NCBI GenBank assembly: GCA_937860055.1
Contig: CALMBO010000029.1
Coordinates: forward strand, 425,372 to 489,371
Length of the DNA: 64,000 nt
Reading direction: 5' to 3'
Source: an uncultured Verrucomicrobiota bacterium
Lineage (GTDB): Bacteria > Verrucomicrobiota > Kiritimatiellia > CAIQIC01 > Lenti-01
How positions within the stretch are numbered: position 1 is the stretch's first letter; each line of letters begins with the position of its first letter. This document shows, piece by piece, positions 54,988 to 63,129 of the stretch. The position numbers were made by a program, and so were the translations under genes. The notes beneath the pieces are model-generated. The model made no database searches. It was not told the DNA's origin and saw nothing but the letters and a program-made list of their open reading frames with translations.

Positions 54988-57318
54988 ATGGGCTTGAAGG
55001 AATCGTTCGAGGCGCGCTTCTTCCCTCTCACCTACGGGCGCGTGGCGCTACTGGCCTTCCTCTGGCTGCTGGTGGGGTTCGCCCTCGGCACCGAAACGCT
55101 GATGGGACCCGTGCGCTGGACCACCGACTGGGCGCGCAGCCACGGCTGGACCTGGCAGCGGGAGGAAGCCAATGTCCGCGCCATCATCGCGCTTTTCGTC
55201 GCGGGTTCGTTCCTGGTCTCCCTGTGCCTGGCCCGGATCCTCGATCGCTCGCGCCGCCGGGACGTCCGCCTCGGCATCCCCCTGCTGGCGATGGCCGCGG
55301 CCGGAGCCTCGCTGTTCTTCTGGCTCAACCCGCAGCGCTTCGCCTCGGATGGAGCCGACTGGCTGGAAAACGATTCGGGGGCGGAATTCACCGTCGGCCC
55401 CTATCCCGCCGGGGACCGCATGGCCGAATTGAAGCACCGCGGCTTCACCGCCGTCATCTCGCTGCTCCATCCCGCCGTGGTCCCGTTCGAACCCGCCCTG
55501 CTGGCCGAAGAACGGGCCGCGGCGGAAAAGGCCGGCATCGAGCTCATCCACCTGCCCATGCTGCCGTGGGTGAGCGAAAACCGCGAAATGCTCGACCGGG
55601 CGCGCGGCCTGGTCGGCACCGGCGGCCGCTACTACATCCATTGCTATCTCGGCAAGGACCGCGTCACCCTGGTGCGCCAGGTGATCGAAAAAGCGGGCGG
55701 CACGGTCGCCGGGACCGGGACGGAAGGCGAAGGCGCGCCGCCGCGCGTCCGCGACCTGCGCGACCTTCCCCGCTTCGAGCGCGGCCCCTTCACCGAGCTG
55801 GAACCGGACGTGTGGCTGATTCCCCTCCCGACCGACGAGGAATACCTCGGGTTCGTGCTATCGGCGCGCCCCCGGAACATCGTGTCGCTCCTGAATCCGG
55901 ACAACGGGGATGACCGGAGCTGGATCGAAAAAGAACGCCGGATGCTGGAAGCCGCCGGCGTGGCGTTCACCGTCGAAGGAATCGGCGCCAGACCGTTCTC
56001 GCCCGAAACCGTCCTCTCCCTCGCACGGAAGGTGCGGCAGATGGAACGGCCTGTCATGGTCCACGGCTTCCAGACGCCCTCGGTGGAGAGCGACGCGTTT
56101 TTGCAGGCCTACCGCTCCGACCGCCCTCCCCTCCCCCCGTCGCTGTTCGCAGAGCCGCTCGCCGTCGGCACCGTCGAGGTGATTGCTCCGAACATCGCGA
56201 AGGGCGGAATCCCGCTGGAACCCGGCGCGTTGGCCCAGCTGGCGGAGCGCGGCGTGCGCCATTTCATCTATTGCGACCGGATCGAGGCGGTCTCGGCCGG
56301 GATCCAGTCCGACATGGCGAAGGCGGCCGGCGTGGAGTGGTCGGTGTGGCCGCCGGACGCGGCGGCGCCGGCGGATCTCGCGGCCGGCGGGCCGTGGTAT
56401 GTCTACGGCCCCTTCGCCGACAGGCGGACCCACGAGCTCGCGGCGGCCCATGGCCCTGCGATCCCGGAAGTGCTGGCGCCGGGGCTTGCCCGCGCCGCCG
56501 CGGAAGAGGCGCCGGATGCGGAAGCCGCCTGCGCCCCGGCGGCGCCTTCCCTGCGCGATGGGTGGAAGCCCTGGGCGCTGGCCCAGCGGGACCGCCTCCT
56601 GCCGCCGCTGAAGATGTGGCTCCTGCTGTCGCCCTTCCTCCTGCTGTATGCGGGATCCTGCGCCGCGTGGGCGGGGTGGCTCAGGCAATCCAAAGGCGTC
56701 CGCACCCCCTATACGCGAAAGATCTTCCACTTCGCCATCTTCACCATGGCGGGCCTTCTCCAACTGGTGGCCGGCGTCCAGGCCGTGATGCTGTTCGGCG
56801 GCATCACCAGCCTCTGCGTGCTCTATGCCGTGTTCCGCGGCGCCGGCTTTCCCTTCTACGAGGCCATGGCCCGCCCCACGGACGAACCGCACCGGACCTT
56901 CTTCATCCTGGTTCCGCTCGCCACGACCGCGCTGGGCGGGTTGCTCTCCAACCTGTTCTTCGGCTCCTGGGCGGCGGTCGGGTATCTGGTGGGCGGCTGG
57001 GGCGATGCCGTCGGCGAACCTTTCGGGACGGCCTTCGGCAAGCATCGCTATCGCGTTCCGTCGCTGCTGGGCGTGCGCGTCACGCGGAGCCTCGAAGGTT
57101 CGGCGGCCGTCTTCGGGGCCGGCTTCCTCGGAGCGATGCTGATCCTCGTCCTGGGCGGCACCCCTCCGGCCACCGCCATCGTCGCGGCGCTGGCGTGCGC
57201 GGCCGCCGGCATGGCCGTGGAGGCGGTATCCAGCCATGGCCTCGACAACCTCACGACGCAACTGGCTTCTTCCGCAACGGCTTGGGTCATTCTTGAAATC
57301 TGGCGGTTTTCTATTTGA
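54988..57318 (+). CDS. multidomain membrane protein: N-terminal 3 TM + protein-tyrosine/dual-specificity-phosphatase-like domains (one with an intact HCxxGxxR P-loop) + C-terminal CTP-dependent polyprenol kinase-like (dolichol/phytol kinase family) TM domain
   Basis: 776 aa. HCYLGKDRV is a C-X5-R PTP motif. A second DSP-like unit, VMVHGFQTPSVES, lacks the Cys. The C-terminus GGWGDAVGEPFGTAFGKHRY...TRSLEGSAAVFGAGF matches the GDGLAExVGRRFG...KSWEGS signature of VTE5/Sec59 polyprenol kinases. Confidence 0.65.
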   Translation: MGLKESFEARFFPLTYGRVALLAFLWLLVGFALGTETLMGPVRWTTDWARSHGWTWQREEANVRAIIALFVAGSFLVSLCLARILDRSRRRDVRLGIPLLAMAAAGASLFFWLNPQRFASDGADWLENDSGAEFTVGPYPAGDRMAELKHRGFTAVISLLHPAVVPFEPALLAEERAAAEKAGIELIHLPMLPWVSENREMLDRARGLVGTGGRYYIHCYLGKDRVTLVRQVIEKAGGTVAGTGTEGEGAPPRVRDLRDLPRFERGPFTELEPDVWLIPLPTDEEYLGFVLSARPRNIVSLLNPDNGDDRSWIEKERRMLEAAGVAFTVEGIGARPFSPETVLSLARKVRQMERPVMVHGFQTPSVESDAFLQAYRSDRPPLPPSLFAEPLAVGTVEVIAPNIAKGGIPLEPGALAQLAERGVRHFIYCDRIEAVSAGIQSDMAKAAGVEWSVWPPDAAAPADLAAGGPWYVYGPFADRRTHELAAAHGPAIPEVLAPGLARAAAEEAPDAEAACAPAAPSLRDGWKPWALAQRDRLLPPLKMWLLLSPFLLLYAGSCAAWAGWLRQSKGVRTPYTRKIFHFAIFTMAGLLQLVAGVQAVMLFGGITSLCVLYAVFRGAGFPFYEAMARPTDEPHRTFFILVPLATTALGGLLSNLFFGSWAAVGYLVGGWGDAVGEPFGTAFGKHRYRVPSLLGVRVTRSLEGSAAVFGAGFLGAMLILVLGGTPPATAIVAALACAAAGMAVEAVSSHGLDNLTTQLASSATAWVILEIWRFSI

Positions 57319-57368
57319 TTACTAGACATTTGGCGGTAGATTCTTCTCTCCGATAGGAATTACATCAA

Positions 57369-58496
57369 ATGAGAGCGTGGTCCTCGCCAGTTCAAACCGG
57401 AAGCTACGTCACCGATGTCGTCCTGTGCGCCTTCTTCATCCTGTTTGTCTTCATGGTCCTTGTGACGGCCTACGCCTTTCTCCGCCGCCTGCGCAACAAT
57501 GCCCTCCGCGACCGGATGTTCGCCCATACTCCCGCCTATTACCACCTGATCCAGTCCATCCAGGCGGGACAGATCGTTTCCGACGGGGAAATCCAGGCGG
57601 AAATCCCCCGGTCGGATTTCGGCGTTTTCGAGCTCTATCTCCGTGAACGGCTGGTCACGACGGGCACAGATCCCTTCGCCGAGCGCCACATGGCCAACGC
57701 CTGCGGATTCCTGCCCGCGGTCCGGAAGAAGGTCCGCCGGCACCGGAACTGGGCAAAGGCCGCCCACCTCCACATGCTGGCTCTCCTGCGGGATCCGGCC
57801 GATCTGGATCTGTTCCTCGATGTCCTCGAACACGACAACCATCCTTCCTGCATCTTCGCCGCCGCCATCGGACTTGCGCTCGGAGGGCACATCGCCTCGC
57901 TTCCCCGCATCGTGGCCCGGCTCTACAACCCGGCCACCCCCAACCGCGACCAGCTGCTCCTGGTCCTGGCCGCCTACGGCCCCGGCCGGGCGCCGGATTT
58001 CGTCGGATTCCTCCCCTCGCCCGACCTGCCCGATGCGGCGGCGGGCGTGCTGGCGGACATCCTCGGCTCGTGGAACCACGCCCCGGCGAAAAACGCCCTG
58101 GAACTCCGCCTGGCCTCGGCCAGCGATGGCGACCTGAAGAGCCACCTGATCGCAGCGCTGGAAATCGTGGGCGACCGCTCCACCTGCGGCGCGCTGCGGC
58201 CCTATCTCCAGGATCCCGATTTCCGCGTGCGCCTCAAGACGATCAATGCCCTGGAACATCTGGGCGGCCGGGAATTCCTGCCGGAAGCCAGGGCCCTGAT
58301 GGACGACCCCACCCCCTGGGTGCGGCGCAATGCCGCCGAAGTCCTCCTGCGCATGGGGGACGAAGGGCGCCGGATCCTGGAAGCCATGGCGGTTTCTTCA
58401 AACGATGAACAGCGCCCGGTCGCGAAACTGGCGCTGGCGGAAGACCGGTTCGGCCGGATCCGCGGGAGGTTCAGGCATGCGCAGCTTCCTGCTTGA
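57369..58496 (+). CDS. membrane-anchored HEAT-repeat protein (exopolysaccharide-locus accessory)
   Basis: N-terminal TM VVLCAFFILFVFMVLV followed by PBS-lyase HEAT-like repeats (PWVRRNAAEVLLRMG). It overlaps the GT2 start by 20 nt. Confidence 0.65.
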   Translation: MRAWSSPVQTGSYVTDVVLCAFFILFVFMVLVTAYAFLRRLRNNALRDRMFAHTPAYYHLIQSIQAGQIVSDGEIQAEIPRSDFGVFELYLRERLVTTGTDPFAERHMANACGFLPAVRKKVRRHRNWAKAAHLHMLALLRDPADLDLFLDVLEHDNHPSCIFAAAIGLALGGHIASLPRIVARLYNPATPNRDQLLLVLAAYGPGRAPDFVGFLPSPDLPDAAAGVLADILGSWNHAPAKNALELRLASASDGDLKSHLIAALEIVGDRSTCGALRPYLQDPDFRVRLKTINALEHLGGREFLPEARALMDDPTPWVRRNAAEVLLRMGDEGRRILEAMAVSSNDEQRPVAKLALAEDRFGRIRGRFRHAQLPA

Positions 58497-59889
58497 TTTC
58501 CTCTACGGATTCCAGTGGTTCATCTTCTGGTTCTTCGTCGCCCTGCACATGTTCTACATGCTGTTGCTCGCGGTTTCGGCGCGCACCTCCTGGCAGCATG
58601 TGCTCCGGCAGAAGATCGACCGCAGCCTGCGGTTCCCCAAGGGCTTCGACCGCCCCTTCTCGGTGCTGGTGCCGTGCTACAACGAGGAGGTCTCCATCGT
58701 CGAGTCCATCCGCGCGATGCTCTCGCTGGACTACCCCGAGTTCGAGGTGATCGTCTGCAACGACGGCTCCGCCGACCGGACGCTGGAACGCCTGGTCGAC
58801 GCGTTTCAGCTCCAGCCGGTCGACGTCGAGGTCGAACGCCGCTTCCCGGGAAAGCCGATCCGCGCGGTGTACTTCTCCCAAGTGGATCCCCGCCTCATCG
58901 TCGTCGACAAGGAAAACGGCGGCAAGGCCGATGCGCAGAACACCTCCGCCTGCTTCGCCCGCTATCCCTATGTCTGCGCGACGGATGCCGACTCCCTCCT
59001 GGCCAGCGACAGCATGAAGCGCCTGATGCGCCGGTTCGTGGCCGTCCCGGACATGGTGGCGGCCGGCGGCGTCGTCCGGCTCGCCAACGGATGCGTGGTC
59101 CGCCACGGCCAGATCCTCCAGGCCCGCATGCCCCGCGGCACCCTGGAAGCCATCCAGGTCGTCGAATATTTCCGGGCCTTCCTCTTCGGCCGCCTCGGCT
59201 GGTCCGAAATGGACATCATGATGATCATCTCCGGCGCCTTCGGGGTGTTCCGGCGCGACTTCCTGGAACGCGTCGGCGGCTGGAACACCAAGGCCATCGG
59301 GGAGGACATGGACCTGGTCCTGCGAATGCAGCGGCAGATCAGCCACGACCGGAAGCCGTACAAGATTGGCTTCGTCCCCGATCCCCTCTGCTGGACCCAG
59401 GCCCCGACCACCCTTTCCGACCTCTCCGCGCAGCGCGACCGCTGGCAGCGCGGGCTCATGCAATGCCTGTTCGGCAACATGGACATGCTGTTCAACCCCC
59501 GCTACGGATCGGTCGGCTTCGTGGGCTTCCCCTACTTCCTCGTCTTCGAGATGTTCGGCGCCTTGATCGAACTCGTCGGCATTCCCATCACCATTCTCTG
59601 CTACCTCCTGGGCATCGTGAACATGCACTTCCTCCTGCTCTTCCTCGCCGTGGCGCTGATGTGGGGCGTGGGAATCTCCTTCACCTCCATCGCGCTCGCG
59701 GAGATTTCCCACCGGCGCTACGAGGGATGGCGCGATTTCCTGGCGCTGTTCCGCGCCGCCGTCCTCGAGAATTTCGGCTACCGCCAGCTCCATGCCTTCT
59801 GGCGGCTGAAAGGCATGTTCCGGTACGTGTTCGGAGACCACAAGGATTGGGGCTCGATCCGGCGGACGGGCTTCAATCCGGCATCATAG
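58477..59889 (+). CDS. family-2 glycosyltransferase, processive synthase type (PgaC/IcaA/BcsA-like)
   Basis: Start at MRSFLLDF. Motifs are VPCYNEE, DAD (CATDADS), GED and QRDRWQRG (QxxRW). TM helices lie at both ends. Confidence 0.85.
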   Translation: MRSFLLDFLYGFQWFIFWFFVALHMFYMLLLAVSARTSWQHVLRQKIDRSLRFPKGFDRPFSVLVPCYNEEVSIVESIRAMLSLDYPEFEVIVCNDGSADRTLERLVDAFQLQPVDVEVERRFPGKPIRAVYFSQVDPRLIVVDKENGGKADAQNTSACFARYPYVCATDADSLLASDSMKRLMRRFVAVPDMVAAGGVVRLANGCVVRHGQILQARMPRGTLEAIQVVEYFRAFLFGRLGWSEMDIMMIISGAFGVFRRDFLERVGGWNTKAIGEDMDLVLRMQRQISHDRKPYKIGFVPDPLCWTQAPTTLSDLSAQRDRWQRGLMQCLFGNMDMLFNPRYGSVGFVGFPYFLVFEMFGALIELVGIPITILCYLLGIVNMHFLLLFLAVALMWGVGISFTSIALAEISHRRYEGWRDFLALFRAAVLENFGYRQLHAFWRLKGMFRYVFGDHKDWGSIRRTGFNPAS

Positions 59890-59898
59890 GAAACCACC

Positions 59899-61140
59899 AT
59901 GAAAACCGCATTCCAGGCGATGGGACAGGCGGCAGCGGTCGCCGCCGCGGTGCTGGCGATGGCGATTCCCGCCGCCGCCCGGGAACCCGCCGAAAGCTAC
60001 GAAAGCCGCCTCCAACAGGCGACCGAATACCGCCTCGCGGGCAAAACCCGGGAAGCCGTGGAAATCTTCAACCAGATGCTCGAGATCAAGCCCGAGGATG
60101 CCGATGCGCTGGTCGGCCGGGGCTTCTGCCGCCTGCGGGACGGCAACCCGGACCTGGCCCTCGAGGATTTCCGGAAAACCATCGCCGTTTCCTCCAACTA
60201 TGTCGATGCCTATGTCGGCGCCTCCGCCGCCTATCGCCGCATGGGCCAGCCCCGGCGCTCCCGGGAGATCCTGGACGATTGCGCCAAAGCCTGCGCCGGC
60301 CGAACCAACAGCCTGAAGTATCTCGCCGAATCCGCCTGGCGCGAAGGCCACTTCCAGCTGGCCCGCTCCCTCGATGCCCGCCATCCCCGGAACCCGGACC
60401 GCACCCTCGTCCCCCGCCCCAACACCGTCTACCTGACCTATTCACACGACTGGCCCAAATACGGCGATGAATGGGATTCCATCGGCTTCACCTTCGCCCG
60501 GCGGGAACGCCCGGACCTTTCGTGGTCGCTCGGCGCCAAGGAATACAGCCGCTACGGCACCACCGACTTCGATCTCTCCGCCGGCCTGACCTACCGGCAC
60601 CGCGATTGGCTGGGTGCCTCCTACAACGGCGTCTTTTCCGACGACCCCGGCTTCCTCGCCCGGCAAAAACACCGCCTCGAACTGACTTCCGGGCTTTGGC
60701 GGGGGGCCAGCCTCGGCGTCGGCACGGATCTGTCCTACTATGACGGCCCCCGCTGGTCCCGCCGCGGCCTGCTCGACCTGCGGCAGGGCATCGGCAACTG
60801 GTTCGCCAAGGCGGGCCTCAGCGCCGGACAAGACTCCAACGACAAGGACGTGTTCAGCTACTCCGTCGGCGCCGGTTATGAAAAAGAATCCCGCTACGCC
60901 ATCGCCCTTTCCTATGGAAACGGCAACGAAACCGTCGAAATCGAAACCGCCGATGGTTTCGATTTCCGGGACGACGACGTGGAATCCCTCTCCCTTTCCT
61001 GCCGCTATTATTTCAAGCCCGAGATCGGCGTGATGTTCGGCGGCTCCCACGAATGGCGCAACGGCGAGGATTTCCGCGACGGCGTGTTCCTCTCCCTCTT
61101 CACCAGCTTCCCGGGCCATTTCTGGCCGTTCTTCCGCTGA
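59899..61140 (+). CDS. TPR-containing outer-membrane beta-barrel protein (YaiO/PgaA-like exporter candidate)
   Basis: Signal peptide, N-terminal TPR repeats (AVEIFNQMLEIKPEDADALVGRGFC...) and a C-terminal region of alternating-hydrophobic strands ending in an aromatic residue (FWPFFR). Confidence 0.55.
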   Translation: MKTAFQAMGQAAAVAAAVLAMAIPAAAREPAESYESRLQQATEYRLAGKTREAVEIFNQMLEIKPEDADALVGRGFCRLRDGNPDLALEDFRKTIAVSSNYVDAYVGASAAYRRMGQPRRSREILDDCAKACAGRTNSLKYLAESAWREGHFQLARSLDARHPRNPDRTLVPRPNTVYLTYSHDWPKYGDEWDSIGFTFARRERPDLSWSLGAKEYSRYGTTDFDLSAGLTYRHRDWLGASYNGVFSDDPGFLARQKHRLELTSGLWRGASLGVGTDLSYYDGPRWSRRGLLDLRQGIGNWFAKAGLSAGQDSNDKDVFSYSVGAGYEKESRYAIALSYGNGNETVEIETADGFDFRDDDVESLSLSCRYYFKPEIGVMFGGSHEWRNGEDFRDGVFLSLFTSFPGHFWPFFR

Positions 61141-61235
61141 TCCCGACGCTCCGGCCGGAAAACAGGAACAGCTCCGCACGACGGACTTGACCTCCCCCCG
61201 GCGGGGTCCGATATTGTCCATGGAGGGCCACAGCC

Positions 61236-62351
61236 ATGGACAAGCCGGAGGAAATGGCGGAAACAGAAGGGGCGAGCCTGGGCGAACGGCTGGAATCCCT
61301 GCACCGGCAGCTCCTCCGGGAAGTCCCGCAGGTGGACCGGATCGGATGCGCCCTCTATGACCGCGGGGAGGATCTGCTCAAGACCTTCGTCAACAGCACC
61401 CTCTCCGGCGAGGCGCTCAAGGGCTATGAATTCCGGATGTCCGACAGCCATGCCTTGAACGACATGGCCCAAAGCGGACGCCGGCGCCTGCTGGCCGACA
61501 TCCCCGCCTCGCTCTCGCCCTCCACCGCCCATTCCCGCTGGGTGCTGAAGGAAGGCTACCGCTCCTCCCTGACCGTCCCGATGTACGGCCAGGGCGCCTT
61601 CATCGGATTCCTTTTCTTCGATTCCCGGCGGCCCGACGCCTTTTCCCCCGCCGACCAGCGACAGCTCCTGATCTATGCCAACCTCATCTCCCTGCTGGTT
61701 TCCTTCGAACTCCTCTCCATCCGGGCGCTCGCCGGCTCCGTGGACATGGCGCGCGCGTTCTGCGACCTGCGCGATTTCGAAACCGGCGCCCACCTCGAAC
61801 GCATGTCCCGCTATTCCCGCCTCATGGCAAAGGAAATCGCCCCGGACCTGAGCCTCTCCGACGAATTCGTCGAGCATGTCTTCCTCTTCTCCCCCCTCCA
61901 CGACGTCGGTAAGATCGGCATCCCCGACCACATCCTCCTGAAACCCGGCAAGCTGGAGGGCGAAGAGTGGGAAACCATGAAGTCGCACGTGGCACGCGGC
62001 TGCGCGGTCATCGACAAAATGGTCGAGGACCTCTCCCTTCACCGCCTGCCGAACATCTCCATCCTGCGGAACATCGTTGAATTCCACCACGAATATCTGG
62101 ATGGCAGCGGTTACCCGAAAGGAGCGTGCGGCGAGGATATCCCCCTCGAGGCCCGCCTCACCACCGTCGCCGACATCTTCGACGCCTTGACCTCCCGGCG
62201 CCCCTACAAGGACGCCTGGCCCGTCGAAAAAGCCCTGGCTGAACTCGACCGGCTTGCCACCGGGGGAAAGCTCGATCCCCTCGCCGTCGGGGCGCTCCGG
62301 CGCCGCGAAGCGGACGTCCGCCCCATCCTCGAAAAATACGCCGAATCCTAA
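61236..62351 (+). CDS. GAF-HD-GYP domain protein (c-di-GMP phosphodiesterase candidate)
   Basis: N-terminal GAF-like domain. The HD motif is LFSPLHDVGKIGIP and the GYP motif is HHEYLDGSGYP. Confidence 0.8.
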   Translation: MDKPEEMAETEGASLGERLESLHRQLLREVPQVDRIGCALYDRGEDLLKTFVNSTLSGEALKGYEFRMSDSHALNDMAQSGRRRLLADIPASLSPSTAHSRWVLKEGYRSSLTVPMYGQGAFIGFLFFDSRRPDAFSPADQRQLLIYANLISLLVSFELLSIRALAGSVDMARAFCDLRDFETGAHLERMSRYSRLMAKEIAPDLSLSDEFVEHVFLFSPLHDVGKIGIPDHILLKPGKLEGEEWETMKSHVARGCAVIDKMVEDLSLHRLPNISILRNIVEFHHEYLDGSGYPKGACGEDIPLEARLTTVADIFDALTSRRPYKDAWPVEKALAELDRLATGGKLDPLAVGALRRREADVRPILEKYAES

Positions 62352-62417
62352 CCCCCGCCCGCGGATCCGCCCCGTTCCGCCACCGGGCAACCCGCGTCCA
62401 TGGCGGATCCCGTGGAA

Positions 62418-63002
62418 TCACCGCACCAGGTCGCAGGCCTCCGGCGGCATCCAGTGCTTGTCCTTCCCCTCCCATTTCACGTTGCAACCGATCGGATTCG
62501 TCACCGGCACGCGGACCGGCCGGCCCGACGCAATGTCCTCCAGCGCGCGCTCGAGATCGTTCACGGTCGCCTTCCCCGGCTCGCGCGGGTTGTCCAGGGC
62601 CCGTCCCGTGTAGACCAGCCGGCGCCCGCGGTCGAACACGAAGAAATGCGGCGTGCGAAGCGCCCCGTACGCCCGCGCCACGTCCTGCGGCTCGTCGTGC
62701 AGATAGACCCACGGAAAGTGGAATTCCTCCATCCGCCCCACCATGTGCGCGAAATCGTCCTCCGCGTAGGTGTGCCGGCTGTTGGAGTTGATCCCCACGA
62801 ACCGCACGCCCCGCCCCTGGAATTTCTCCGCGGTCGCCCGCGTGGCTTCGTCCGATCCGAGCACATAGGGGCAATGGTTGCAGGTGAAAAACACCACCAG
62901 CGTCTCCGCCTCCGCGAAGTCCGCCAGCGAATACCTTTTCCCGTCCGTCGCCGGCAGATTGAAATCCGGCGCCTTCGCTCCGATCTCCAATGTGAATGCC
63001 AT
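62418..63002 (-). CDS. thioredoxin-fold redoxin (AhpC/TSA / thiol-disulfide oxidoreductase family)
   Basis: Start at the internal [17 protein letters not shown]. The active-site region is [12 protein letters not shown]. Confidence 0.75.
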   Translation of the reverse strand: MAFTLEIGAKAPDFNLPATDGKRYSLADFAEAETLVVFFTCNHCPYVLGSDEATRATAEKFQGRGVRFVGINSNSRHTYAEDDFAHMVGRMEEFHFPWVYLHDEPQDVARAYGALRTPHFFVFDRGRRLVYTGRALDNPREPGKATVNDLERALEDIASGRPVRVPVTNPIGCNVKWEGKDKHWMPPEACDLVR

Positions 63003-63085
63003 GGCCGGCCTCCTTTCGCCTTCTATCCGCAAGATACCCCCGCTTTTCCGGCGCCGCAGAAAATTTTCCCCGTTTTTCCTTCAAG

Positions 63086-63112
63086 AAAAAAAAAGGGGGG
63101 GGCGCCCCGGGG
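63086..63112 (-). terminator. rho-independent terminator after waaA
   Basis: Minus strand CCCCGGGGCGCCCCCCCC followed by T9. Confidence 0.6.
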
Positions 63113-63129
63113 CAGAGGGACGAGGCCCC

